The notes beneath the pieces were generated by a model. That model was not told the origin of the DNA. It saw only the letters and a program-made list of their open reading frames with translations, and ran no database searches. Both the position numbers and the translations under genes were made by a program. From the NCBI GenBank assembly GCA_030628945.1, contig DAOVPY010000004.1, forward strand, positions 1-62,829: a DNA stretch of 62,829 nucleotides, given 5' to 3'. Within the stretch, counting starts at the first letter, position 1. Each line of letters opens with the position of its first letter. Origin of the DNA: Candidatus Nealsonbacteria bacterium. Lineage in GTDB: Bacteria > Patescibacteriota > Minisyncoccia > Minisyncoccales > DAOVPY01. Below are positions 8,688 to 17,925 of this stretch, piece by piece.

Positions 8688-10448
8688 ATGTTCAACTCAC
8701 CAATTGAGGAAATTAAAAATCGGCTGGATATAGTAGAAGTAATCGGCGATTATATTAAACTTCAAAAGGCCGGGGCGAATTATCGGGCGCCCTGTCCCTT
8801 TCATTCGGAGAAAAATCCTTCTTTTTTTGTTTCGCCAAGCCGCCAAATTTGGCACTGCTTCGGCAGCTGTTCGGAGGGCGGCGATATTTTCAAATTTATA
8901 ATGAAAATTGAAGGAGTGGAATTCCGCGACGCTTTAAGGATTTTAGCCAAGAAAGCCGGAATAGAATTAAAAAAACAAGACCCCAAAATAAGAACGGAAA
9001 GAGAGCGGCTTTATGAAATTTGCGAGATTGCCTGCCGATTTTTTGAAACCCAGCTTCAAGAAAGCAAAATTGGGCAGGAAGCCGGGAAATATCTTTTAGA
9101 GAGGAGAATAAACAAAGAGAGTATGAAAAAATGGCGGCTCGGCTACGCTCCAGATGTCTGGCAGGGATTATCTGATTTTTTAGCGGCAAAAGGATACAAA
9201 AAACAAGAAATTGAAAAAGCCGGGCTTGCGATTAAATCAGCGAACAGCGAACAGCGAACAGCGAACAACTATTACGATAGATTTAGGGGGCGGATAATGT
9301 TTCCCATTTTTGACCTGAGTTCCCAAGTGGTCGGATTTACCGGCAGAATTTTCAATAAAAAAGAAGAAATTGCAAAATATTTGAATACGCCAAACACTCT
9401 CTTATACGACAAAAGTAGGATTCTTTACGGTTTAGACAAGGCAAAGCTGGCAATTAGAAAAAAAGACAGGTGTATTTTAACAGAGGGCCAAACCGATGTG
9501 ATTATGTCCCATCAGGCAGGAATTGAAAATGCGGTAGCAACCTCGGGCACCGCTTTGACCGCTTATCAGCTTTTTATTCTAAAAAGATACACGGAAAATT
9601 TAATCACTGCTTTTGATATGGACATGGCAGGCGATTCAGCGACCAAAAAAGGAATTGATTTAGCTCAAATGAAGGGATTTAATATAAGGATAATCGTGAT
9701 GCCCAAGGATTTAGACCCTGCCGATGTTGCGGCAAAGAATCCCGAGGACTGGAAAAATCTTACAAAAAAATCCAAATCTATTCTGGAATTTTATTTTGAT
9801 ACCACTTTCGCTTGTTTTGATTTCAGGACGCCGGAGGGCAAAAAAGAAATCGCGAGAATTCTTCTGCCAATAATCAAAAGAATTCCCAACCGAATTGAAC
9901 AATCCCATTGGCTTCAGCAGCTTGCTAAAAAAATAGAAGTAAAAGAAGAAGACGTGGAAATAGAACTGAAGAAACTTTCCTCTGCGAGCAGTCAAGTAAG
10001 AGAAAAAGAAATACAAGAAAAAATCCCTGAAACCAGTCATAAAACTCGAAGAGAACGGCTGGAACAAAGGATTCTTTCTTTGGTCTTAAAATCGCCCAAA
10101 AATGTTTTTCTTTTGGACAAAGAATACCTGCCTTTTTTTTCAGCGCAAACCCGGGAAATATTAAAGAATTTTGAAAAAGACCCGCGCTTCTTTGAAAAAC
10201 AAGACGCGCCCGAGGACTTGAAAGATTTTTTAAATGAGCTTTGTTTCCAGGCCGAAATAGAAGAGGGAACTGACCTGAAAAAAGAAATCCAAACCTGCTG
10301 TCTGGAAATAAAAACCATGCAGATAAAAAACAAACTTGAGGGAATCTCCCAAAAAATAAAAAAAGCCGAGAAAGAAAACAACAAAGAAGAAGTCGGCTCA
10401 CTTACTCAAGAATTCAACGCCCTTTGCTTCAAATTAAACCATAAATAA
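8688..10448 (+). CDS. dnaG: DNA primase
   Basis: CPFHSEKNPSF zinc finger, YDRFRGRIMFPI, KYLNTP, TOPRIM EGQTDVI...AFDMDMAG. Confidence 0.97.
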   Translation: MFNSPIEEIKNRLDIVEVIGDYIKLQKAGANYRAPCPFHSEKNPSFFVSPSRQIWHCFGSCSEGGDIFKFIMKIEGVEFRDALRILAKKAGIELKKQDPKIRTERERLYEICEIACRFFETQLQESKIGQEAGKYLLERRINKESMKKWRLGYAPDVWQGLSDFLAAKGYKKQEIEKAGLAIKSANSEQRTANNYYDRFRGRIMFPIFDLSSQVVGFTGRIFNKKEEIAKYLNTPNTLLYDKSRILYGLDKAKLAIRKKDRCILTEGQTDVIMSHQAGIENAVATSGTALTAYQLFILKRYTENLITAFDMDMAGDSATKKGIDLAQMKGFNIRIIVMPKDLDPADVAAKNPEDWKNLTKKSKSILEFYFDTTFACFDFRTPEGKKEIARILLPIIKRIPNRIEQSHWLQQLAKKIEVKEEDVEIELKKLSSASSQVREKEIQEKIPETSHKTRRERLEQRILSLVLKSPKNVFLLDKEYLPFFSAQTREILKNFEKDPRFFEKQDAPEDLKDFLNELCFQAEIEEGTDLKKEIQTCCLEIKTMQIKNKLEGISQKIKKAEKENNKEEVGSLTQEFNALCFKLNHK

Positions 10449-10546
10449 TATACGAACAAGAAATTAGACGCTACCCCTTGACAAAATTTCCTTTTTGTTT
10501 TAGTATAATATAAAGTAAGAATAATTTGGGACGGTAGAAAGAAGAG

Positions 10547-10873
10547 ATGACAAAAGTAGATAAAGAGATGCTTGATTTGATTTCGGGAAAAAGTGGAAGA
10601 AAAATTTTGAGTTTGTTTATAGATGAGGGAAGAATAAAAGTTGAAGAAAAGGAAATTTATGACAGGGTAACAAAACAAGGAAGAAGTGGCTGGGACGTAA
10701 AAGCGGTTTTGCAGGATATGTGCAAAACAGGTTTGTTAAAGGTAATTGTAGGACATCCAACGGTATATATTCTAGATATGGACGCGATAAAAACAGTCAA
10801 AAATTATATGTTAGATATAACATATAAAATGAGCGAATTTACAGAGCTTACAAATCAAGAACTCTACGAATAA
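10547..10873 (+). CDS. Hypothetical winged-helix DNA-binding protein
   Basis: 108 aa with own promoter and terminator; wHTH-like pattern VKAVLQDMCKTGLLKVIVGHPTVY. Confidence 0.6.
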   Translation: MTKVDKEMLDLISGKSGRKILSLFIDEGRIKVEEKEIYDRVTKQGRSGWDVKAVLQDMCKTGLLKVIVGHPTVYILDMDAIKTVKNYMLDITYKMSEFTELTNQELYE

Positions 10874-10913
10874 ATAGAAAGGAATAAATAAATAGGAGGG
10901 AATAAAAATTAAG

Positions 10914-10947
10914 AAGAAAGGGACCAATCATCCCTTTTTCTTTTTTT
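10914..10947 (+). terminator. Putative intrinsic terminator
   Basis: AAAGGGA-CCAATCA-TCCCTTT followed by a T tract. Confidence 0.6.
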
Positions 10948-10991
10948 GAAAATTTGTGGTAGAATAAAATAATAATTCAAAAAATAAATTT

Positions 10992-11618
10992 ATGCGCAAA
11001 AATACTTATCCGGGAAAGTTTATTGTTTTTGACGGGCTGGACGGCGCGGGCCAGTCAACCCAAGCAGGGAAATTAAAGGATTATCTGGACGAAAAAAAAC
11101 AAAAACTTAAATTTGGCCATACAGGCGTCCATTCAACCAAAGAGCCAACATCCGGTTTAATCGGAGGACTTATCCGTGGACAATTAACTCATGATTGGAA
11201 ATCTTCACCGGAATGCCTGCAGCTTCTTTTTACCGCTGACAGAGCTCGCCATTTGGAAAAAGAAATAATGCCGCTTTTGGAACGAGGAGTCATCGTGGTT
11301 TGCGACCGTTATTTTTTTTCCTCGTTCGCTTTCGGCGCTTTAGAACTCAAGCAAAACTGGCTTTTTCAAATCAATCAAAATTTTATCCTGCCGGATATAA
11401 CTTTTTTTCTTAAAGTTTCGCCCAAGATTTGCGCCGAACGGATTAGAAGAAACCGCTATGAAATAGCTCTTTTTGAGAAAGAGGAAATTGCAATAAAGGT
11501 TTGGAAAAATTATCAGAAATTAGGCAAAAAATTCAAAAATGTTTATATCATCAACGGCGAAAAACCGGTAGACAAGGTATTTGAACAAATCAAAACCATA
11601 ATTGACCGCAAACTTTAG
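10992..11618 (+). CDS. tmk: Thymidylate kinase
   Basis: P-loop FDGLDGAGQSTQ, TKEP, LFTADR, VVCDRY, PDITFFL. Confidence 0.95.
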   Translation: MRKNTYPGKFIVFDGLDGAGQSTQAGKLKDYLDEKKQKLKFGHTGVHSTKEPTSGLIGGLIRGQLTHDWKSSPECLQLLFTADRARHLEKEIMPLLERGVIVVCDRYFFSSFAFGALELKQNWLFQINQNFILPDITFFLKVSPKICAERIRRNRYEIALFEKEEIAIKVWKNYQKLGKKFKNVYIINGEKPVDKVFEQIKTIIDRKL

Positions 11619-11623
11619 GTTAT

Positions 11624-12280
11624 ATGGAAAATATCGCAAAAATCATTGACCACACCAACATAGAGAAAGGGGCCACAGCCAAAGATATTAAAAAAACCTG
11701 CGATGAAGCGAAAAAATATAATTTTCGCAGTGTTTGTATTAACCCGGAATGGGTAAAATTGGCAAAGCAAGAATTAAAATATACCGATGTCATGGTAGTG
11801 GTTTTAATTGACCCGCCAATGGGTTTGAGTTCAGAGCAAAGACGGCTGAAAATGTGCGAGAAAGCTAAAAGAGACGGCGCAGATGAATTAGACGTGGTAA
11901 TGAATATTATAGATTTGAAATACGAAAAATACGCTCGGATTTTGAAAAACCTTAAGAGAATTTGTAAAATCCTGCCGACAAAAGTGATTATTGGAAGCGG
12001 TTATCTGACTGACAATGAAATAAAAATCGCTTCTGGAATTGTTAAAAAAGCCGGGGCAATCTGCGTTAAGACCGCCACATTTAAAGATCCATTGGAGCAT
12101 CGGGAATTAAAAGAAAAAGCCGTACATCTTAAAATTATGAAAAAATCCGCGCCTCATGTTTTAATAAAAGCCGCCGGCAAAATCAAAACCTTAAAAGACC
12201 TCAAAATGATGGTAAAAGCCGGGGCAAATATTATTGGAACGAGTTCAGGAATAGAAATAATGAGAGAATTCAAAAAATAA
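11624..12280 (+). CDS. deoC: Deoxyribose-phosphate aldolase (divergent)
   Basis: IDHTN, SVCINP, GADELDVVMN, VKT, IKAAG, IGTSSG. Confidence 0.88.
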   Translation: MENIAKIIDHTNIEKGATAKDIKKTCDEAKKYNFRSVCINPEWVKLAKQELKYTDVMVVVLIDPPMGLSSEQRRLKMCEKAKRDGADELDVVMNIIDLKYEKYARILKNLKRICKILPTKVIIGSGYLTDNEIKIASGIVKKAGAICVKTATFKDPLEHRELKEKAVHLKIMKKSAPHVLIKAAGKIKTLKDLKMMVKAGANIIGTSSGIEIMREFKK

Positions 12281-12288
12281 TTTTCAAT

Positions 12289-13749
12289 ATGTATTTTCCC
12301 ACAATCGGTTTGGAAATCCACGCCGAACTAAAAACAAAATCAAAAATGTTTTGCAGCTGCGCAAACGACCCGGATGAAAAGCAAGCCAATATTAATATTT
12401 GTCCTGTTTGCATGGGACATCCCGGCACTCTGCCGGTAATAAATGAACAAGCAAAAAGAAAAGTGATAAAAACCGGACTAGCTTTGAATTCTCAAATCCC
12501 GGAATATTCTAAATTTGACAGGAAAAATTATTTTTATCCGGATCTCCCCAAGGGCTATCAGATTTCTCAGTATGATATGCCTCTTTGCAAGGGGGGATTT
12601 TTAGAAATCAACAAAAGAAAAATACGAATAACAAGAATCCATTTAGAAGAAGATACTGGTAGTTTAGTCCATCCGCGAAAAGCGGATTATTCTTTGGTAG
12701 ATTTTAACAGAGCAGGACGGCCTTTAATGGAATTAGTTACCGAACCGGATATTCATTCAGCGCGCGAAGCAAGAAAGTTTGCCGAGGAATTGCAATTGAT
12801 TTTAAGGTATTTAGATGTTTCTGAGGCAAATATGGAAAAAGGACAAATGCGCGTTGAAGTGAATATATCGCTTCAACGCAAATCCAAAATCCAAAATCCA
12901 AAACTTGGGACTAAAGTTGAAATTAAGAACCTTAATTCGTTTCGCGCGGTGGAGAAGGGGATTGAATATGAAATTAAGAGACAGGGAGAAGTTTTAGAAA
13001 AAGGGGGAAAAATAATTCAAGAGACCAGGGGCTGGCACGATGTAAAACAAATTACTATTAGCCAAAGAGAAAAAGAAGAGTCACATGATTACCGTTACTT
13101 TCCTGAACCGGACCTTCCAATAATAAATATCAAAAATCAAATGATAAATCTGAATAAAATACAAGCGGAGATTCCGGAACTGCCGCGGCAAAGAAGAAAA
13201 AGATTTAAAAAAGAATATGGATTAGACGAAAAATCCACCGAGGTTTTTGTTCAAAACAAAAATTTGGGAGAATATTTTGAAAAAGCGATTTCTGAATTGA
13301 AAAATTGGGCTAAAATCAAAAAAATCAAATTTGGCGCGGATTTAATCAAATTGACCTCAAATTACCTTATTAATGAACTTATAGGAATAGCCGGCAGGGA
13401 TTTTAAGTTCCATGAAAAAATTAGTCCGGAAAATTTCGCCGAGTTTATCACCCTAATTTGCCAAAGCAAAATCTCAAGCAAAATCGCCAAAATAGTTTTA
13501 AAAGAAATGTTAAATACTGGCGCGGATCCCTCTCATATTATTGAGGAAAAAAAATTAACTCAAATAACCGATGAGTCAGAAATAGAAAAAGTTATCAAAA
13601 AAGTAATTTCTACTAATCCCAAACCTGTAGAAGATTACAAAAAAGGAAAGCAAAACGCTCTCCAATTTTTAATCGGCCAGATAATGGCAGCCACAAAAGG
13701 CAAGGCAAATCCCGAAACAGTCAACAAAATTTTGAGAAAATTCCTTTAA
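12289..13749 (+). CDS. gatB: Asp/Glu-tRNA amidotransferase subunit B
   Basis: IGLEIHAEL, FDRKNYFYPDLPKGYQISQ, HLEED, DYRYFPEPDLP. Confidence 0.98.
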   Translation: MYFPTIGLEIHAELKTKSKMFCSCANDPDEKQANINICPVCMGHPGTLPVINEQAKRKVIKTGLALNSQIPEYSKFDRKNYFYPDLPKGYQISQYDMPLCKGGFLEINKRKIRITRIHLEEDTGSLVHPRKADYSLVDFNRAGRPLMELVTEPDIHSAREARKFAEELQLILRYLDVSEANMEKGQMRVEVNISLQRKSKIQNPKLGTKVEIKNLNSFRAVEKGIEYEIKRQGEVLEKGGKIIQETRGWHDVKQITISQREKEESHDYRYFPEPDLPIINIKNQMINLNKIQAEIPELPRQRRKRFKKEYGLDEKSTEVFVQNKNLGEYFEKAISELKNWAKIKKIKFGADLIKLTSNYLINELIGIAGRDFKFHEKISPENFAEFITLICQSKISSKIAKIVLKEMLNTGADPSHIIEEKKLTQITDESEIEKVIKKVISTNPKPVEDYKKGKQNALQFLIGQIMAATKGKANPETVNKILRKFL

Positions 13750-15127
13750 GTCCCCAGGGGATGGCGCCGGTGACTTTAACTTTCACGAATTTCCCGACTA
13801 AATCTTGTAACTTGTAACTTGTAACTTGTAACTTAATAGTTTTGTAATTTTTTGTTTTGCCGACTAACCAACCCTTTCGTTCGTATTCCAACCCGCCTCG
13901 CCTCGCCCGCGAGTCGGGCGAGGCGGGCAGAACTTCAACAATTTTTCCAATATATTTTTTATTATTTTCCAAAGCAATTTTCTTGAGGACTTTGGTCAAA
14001 TTTTTTTCTCTTGTCTTTTTTGCTTGCAAAGATACAGTATCTTTCATTTTGAACGCCGCGGTGCCCGAGCGAGGGGAATATTGAGCGATATAAGCCATAT
14101 CCGGCTTGATTTCTTTAAACAATTTGATTGTATTTTCAAATTGTTTTTTTGTTTCCCCGGGAAAGCCCACGATGACATCGGTAGAAAAAAAGACATTTGG
14201 AATTTTGCAGCGGATTTTTTTAATTAAATTTTTATATTGAGCCACGGTGTAGGGCCGGTTCATTTTTTTTAAAATCGCGGGGTCTCCGGACTGGACCGGC
14301 AAACTGATATATTTTGTCACCTTTTTACATTGAGCAATTGTCTCAATCAACTCGTTGGAAAAATCCTTGGGATGCGAAGAAGTAAACCTAATCCAAAACT
14401 CCCCTGGAATATCATTTATCATCCTTAATAATTTAGCAAAATTAACTACTCTCTTATTCACGCGAATAAGAGAGTGGTAGCTGTTGACGTTTTCGCCGAG
14501 AAGCCATATCTCCTTATACCCCTTTTTGACTAAATTTTTTACTTCTTTCAAAATGTCGTCTGTTGGTCTGGAAATTTCCACACCCCTGGTGTAGGGAACT
14601 ACGCAATAAGAGCAAAAGTTATTGCAGCCGATAATAATCGGAATGTAAGCCGAAAAATTGTTGCGATATTCTGGTTTGATTTTCAAGTAATTACAGTTTG
14701 AATGACAGAGACCTGTTCTCTGCCATTTAGCAGATTTACGGAGAACAGTTCTCCGTTGATTTACGGAGAACTGTTCTTTATTCCGCTCTTTTTTTAGGAA
14801 GTTTTTCCAATGGGGCAGGCTTTTAATGGATAAAATATAATCAAACCTTGTTTGAAATTTTTTCAAATCATATTCAAGAACACAGCCGGTTAATAAAATT
14901 TTTAGTTTGGGATTTTTTCTCTTTAATTTGATAAAATTTTTAATTTGGCCATAGACCCGGTCAACTGCTGATTGCCGAACGGAGCACATATTAACCACAA
15001 TCAAATCCGCCTCCCCCATTTTTGAACAGGATTTATAGCCGATTTTTTCCAAAACCGCTGCAATCCGCTCGCTGTCTGAAACATTGAGCTGGCAGCCATA
15101 GGTGATGATGAAATATTTTTTAGACAT
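13721..15127 (-). CDS. miaB: tRNA-i6A37 methylthiotransferase (radical SAM)
   Basis: TYGCQLN, NMCSVR, GCNNFCSYC, YSPRSGT, C-terminal TRAM domain. Confidence 0.93.
   Translation of the reverse strand: MSKKYFIITYGCQLNVSDSERIAAVLEKIGYKSCSKMGEADLIVVNMCSVRQSAVDRVYGQIKNFIKLKRKNPKLKILLTGCVLEYDLKKFQTRFDYILSIKSLPHWKNFLKKERNKEQFSVNQRRTVLRKSAKWQRTGLCHSNCNYLKIKPEYRNNFSAYIPIIIGCNNFCSYCVVPYTRGVEISRPTDDILKEVKNLVKKGYKEIWLLGENVNSYHSLIRVNKRVVNFAKLLRMINDIPGEFWIRFTSSHPKDFSNELIETIAQCKKVTKYISLPVQSGDPAILKKMNRPYTVAQYKNLIKKIRCKIPNVFFSTDVIVGFPGETKKQFENTIKLFKEIKPDMAYIAQYSPRSGTAAFKMKDTVSLQAKKTREKNLTKVLKKIALENNKKYIGKIVEVLPASPDSRARRGGLEYERKGWLVGKTKNYKTIKLQVTSYKLQDLVGKFVKVKVTGAIPWGLKGIFSKFC
13892..13927. repeat. 36-bp in-frame palindromic insertion in miaB
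   Basis: CCCGCCTCGCC...GGCGAGGCGGG; encodes PASPDSRARRGG; much more GC-rich than flanks. Confidence 0.75.
14706..14777. repeat. Cluster of CGGAGAAC(A/T)GTTCTCCG-type palindromes in-frame in miaB
   Basis: Copies at 14706-14722 (degenerate), 14739-14755 and 14764-14777 (truncated); same family as 54098-54143. Confidence 0.75.
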
Positions 15128-15160
15128 TATAATACTTTATTTTATACTGATTTAGAATTA

Positions 15161-15193
15161 AAAAACAGCCCCCTCCTCTGGAGGCTGTTTTTT
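15161..15193. terminator. Bidirectional-type intrinsic terminator
   Basis: AAAAACAGCC...GGCTGTTTTT downstream of the 15214-17784 gene. Confidence 0.65.
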
Positions 15194-15213
15194 AATATCT
15201 ACCAGCTTGATTA

Positions 15214-17784
15214 TTATCTGTTGATTTCTTGCTCTTTTTCAATTGCTTCCATTTTCATCGCTTCCATTTCAATTGTTTCTGTTCTCATCGGTTCTATAAT
15301 TCGCTGGAATTCTGTTTCTATTTTTTCAAAAGTAGAGGGAACTTCCTTTATTGATTGTTCTGATGTCTGTGATTTTTCAGCGAGGTTTTTTTCACATTCT
15401 TCCTTAGTTCCAAAAGTCCGCAGCCCTAAATACATATACACGCCACAAAAGGTTTTTTGCTGGCAGACTTGATACCTATCATCATGCCACCACAAAATTC
15501 TACATTCCCCGCCAAAATGCTGCTGATATTCATGGGAAGGAAGAATTACTTTTTTACATACTCCTTTACAGGCGATTTCTACTCCCGCAAGTTTAGCGAA
15601 ACAATCGTTACTATAAGTTTTGCCGTCTTTGCCGCAAACCGGATCAAAAATTTGGGCGCAAACCCGTTCTCCGTCCGGAGTGATTTTTTCTCGCAGAATT
15701 TCTCTGTGAATTTCCCGCTCTAAACTTAGTTCTTCTTCAACTGGATATCTTTCCGGAGATATAATTCGTTCCTTAAATTCTCCGGGTAAAGGAATTGCCT
15801 CTGAGGGAAATTCCTGTTTGAATTGTTTTTCAAACATTTCTCTTCTTATATTTTCTTCCTCAAACAGTTTTTCTTCCAGCCGTTTTTCTCCCCATTCCCG
15901 GCGCAAGGATATGTCTTTTATAATTCGGCAGGCATTATTCGCCTCAAGGAAAGCAGCTGTTGCCTGACCAAACGCCTCACCGTAAAATTTATTATCATAG
16001 GCTTCTTGAGCCGAGGCAATTTTCTTTTGAGCGTTGGTTAAAAGCACCCGGAAAGGGCTTCTTTGAGTTATTTCATTTTTGGTCTCATCGTCTAATGCCG
16101 CGAATTCTTCCTCTGCCGCAATAATCTCTTTTTTTGCCTGTTCAAGGCGCGCTAACGGTTTTTCCGGACTCATCTCCTTAAAAAAGATATCTTCCCGCGC
16201 TTCAATTTTTTGGAAGATTTGAGGATACCGGTTTTCCAATTCTCTCATTATTGTTTCATCTTCTTCAATCCTTGTTTTTAGAAATTCTAATTTAATAACA
16301 TCTTCGGTTGTTTCAATTCTTTTAGAAAGTTTTTCCATTTGTTCCTTCAAGATTTCCGTCATTATCTCTCGTGGGGCGCCAAATTCTTTGATAATGGCAA
16401 TATGTTCTGGCGCGTCTCCTGCTAATTTCTCAAACTTCATTCTTCTTTGTTCCGCGGTTTTTGCTCTTTCAATATCTTGTTTCATTTCTTTCATTGCTTT
16501 TTCTTTCATTTCTTCCCAAAATTCTTTTTTCTCTTCAGGAATAAATTCGTCCATTTCCTTAAACATTTCAAACTGTTTTACATCATGAAATTTCTCCAAT
16601 TCTTTGAAAAAAACCTCTTGTTTCTCCGGAGTGTCGGCACTTAAGACATTTTCTTTAAGGTTCATCATTGTCTTATTTTTAACTTCCAATATTTTATCAA
16701 TTACCTCGCGCGGAAGATTATTTTCTAATTCGTTGACAATTCTCAAATTTTCCATCTGGCCTTCTTCCAAATGCCGCAGGAACATTTTTTTCTCATTCTC
16801 CATTTCTTGTTTTTCAAACTCTTTCATTCTTTTTTCAATTTTAACAATGGCTTTTTCTTTGGCTTTCTCCATTTCTTCTCTGATAATTTCCGGAATTTCC
16901 TCTGCTTCAAAATGGTGAATAATTTCCATATGTCTTACTTCGTTGCCGCCGATTTGTTCCACATAATTTCCAAACTTTTCTCTGTCCTCAAACGACATTC
17001 CCTCAAAATCTCCGTGGAGCCGCTGGAATGCGTTATCTTGAGCCATCCTTATAGCGTCTTTGGCTTGCTCTGGAACTTTTTCCTCTAATTGCTGAAGAAT
17101 TTCTAAATTTTTGAAGTATTTGAAATTGCTGCCAGGCTGTTCTTCCATAACAGCGATAATTTTCTCCTGGAATTGTTCCGGCTCTATAAATTTCAGTCCG
17201 ATGTCAGAAAATTTCATCATATTTTCCTCTTTGGTTTTTTCTATCATTTCAAACATTTCTAACGGCAGTTCTTTCGCGAGTTTCCCGAATAATTTTTGAT
17301 GTTTTAAATTATGGTCAATGAATTTATCCATAAATTTCTCAACATTCGGGTCGTCTATGGTTTCCTTTATTTTTTCAGCTGCTTTTTCCAAACGCTCGGC
17401 CTCTTTTTGATAGTTTTCAAAAGCCCTGTCCAAAATTTCCTGTTCTTCCGGACGTTCTTCGGCTAATTTTTTTACCTCTATCAGTTTTTCATCAACAAAT
17501 TTTTGTTTAAGTTCAGCTTTTTTTACCGGATTAAAAGTAATAAGCGACTGAATTCCCCGCCCCATTTCTTTCAAAAAATAAAAAGGGCTGTCCGGCAAAA
17601 TCCGCGGCTCTTTTACGCCCAAATCTTGGGCCTGAATATTCTCATCAAGCGCAACCTCTGCTATTTCAGGAATAGTTATTTCTCTTTCCGGCGCGTCTGC
17701 CTCCTGAGCCAGCGCGGCTGAAAAAGTCCCTATCGCTAAACAAACAGCGATTAAGGATATAAAAAGTTTGGTTGAATAAAACAT
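15214..17784 (-). CDS. Large secreted DUF5667-like helical protein with Kazal-type domain
   Basis: Signal peptide; ILPDSPFYFLKE..F.PVKKAEL motif; CAQIFDPVCGKDGKTYSNDC Kazal motif. Confidence 0.85.
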   Translation of the reverse strand: MFYSTKLFISLIAVCLAIGTFSAALAQEADAPEREITIPEIAEVALDENIQAQDLGVKEPRILPDSPFYFLKEMGRGIQSLITFNPVKKAELKQKFVDEKLIEVKKLAEERPEEQEILDRAFENYQKEAERLEKAAEKIKETIDDPNVEKFMDKFIDHNLKHQKLFGKLAKELPLEMFEMIEKTKEENMMKFSDIGLKFIEPEQFQEKIIAVMEEQPGSNFKYFKNLEILQQLEEKVPEQAKDAIRMAQDNAFQRLHGDFEGMSFEDREKFGNYVEQIGGNEVRHMEIIHHFEAEEIPEIIREEMEKAKEKAIVKIEKRMKEFEKQEMENEKKMFLRHLEEGQMENLRIVNELENNLPREVIDKILEVKNKTMMNLKENVLSADTPEKQEVFFKELEKFHDVKQFEMFKEMDEFIPEEKKEFWEEMKEKAMKEMKQDIERAKTAEQRRMKFEKLAGDAPEHIAIIKEFGAPREIMTEILKEQMEKLSKRIETTEDVIKLEFLKTRIEEDETIMRELENRYPQIFQKIEAREDIFFKEMSPEKPLARLEQAKKEIIAAEEEFAALDDETKNEITQRSPFRVLLTNAQKKIASAQEAYDNKFYGEAFGQATAAFLEANNACRIIKDISLRREWGEKRLEEKLFEEENIRREMFEKQFKQEFPSEAIPLPGEFKERIISPERYPVEEELSLEREIHREILREKITPDGERVCAQIFDPVCGKDGKTYSNDCFAKLAGVEIACKGVCKKVILPSHEYQQHFGGECRILWWHDDRYQVCQQKTFCGVYMYLGLRTFGTKEECEKNLAEKSQTSEQSIKEVPSTFEKIETEFQRIIEPMRTETIEMEAMKMEAIEKEQEINR

Positions 17785-17792
17785 AAAAATAG

Positions 17793-17918
17793 AATTTCTA
17801 ATTCCTAATTAACCTAATGTCTAATCAATACCCAATGTCCAAAAACCAATGACCAAAAAATTTAGATATTAGAAATTGGGATTTGGGATTTGATTAGAAA
17901 TTAGAAATTAGAAATTAG
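17793..17918. repeat. Heptamer-built foldback element, copy E1
   Basis: Left arm of CTAAT/CCAAT-type 7-mers, right arm of their reverse complements; shares exact 19- and 15-bp blocks with E2-E4. Confidence 0.85.
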
Positions 17919-17925
17919 TTATTTA

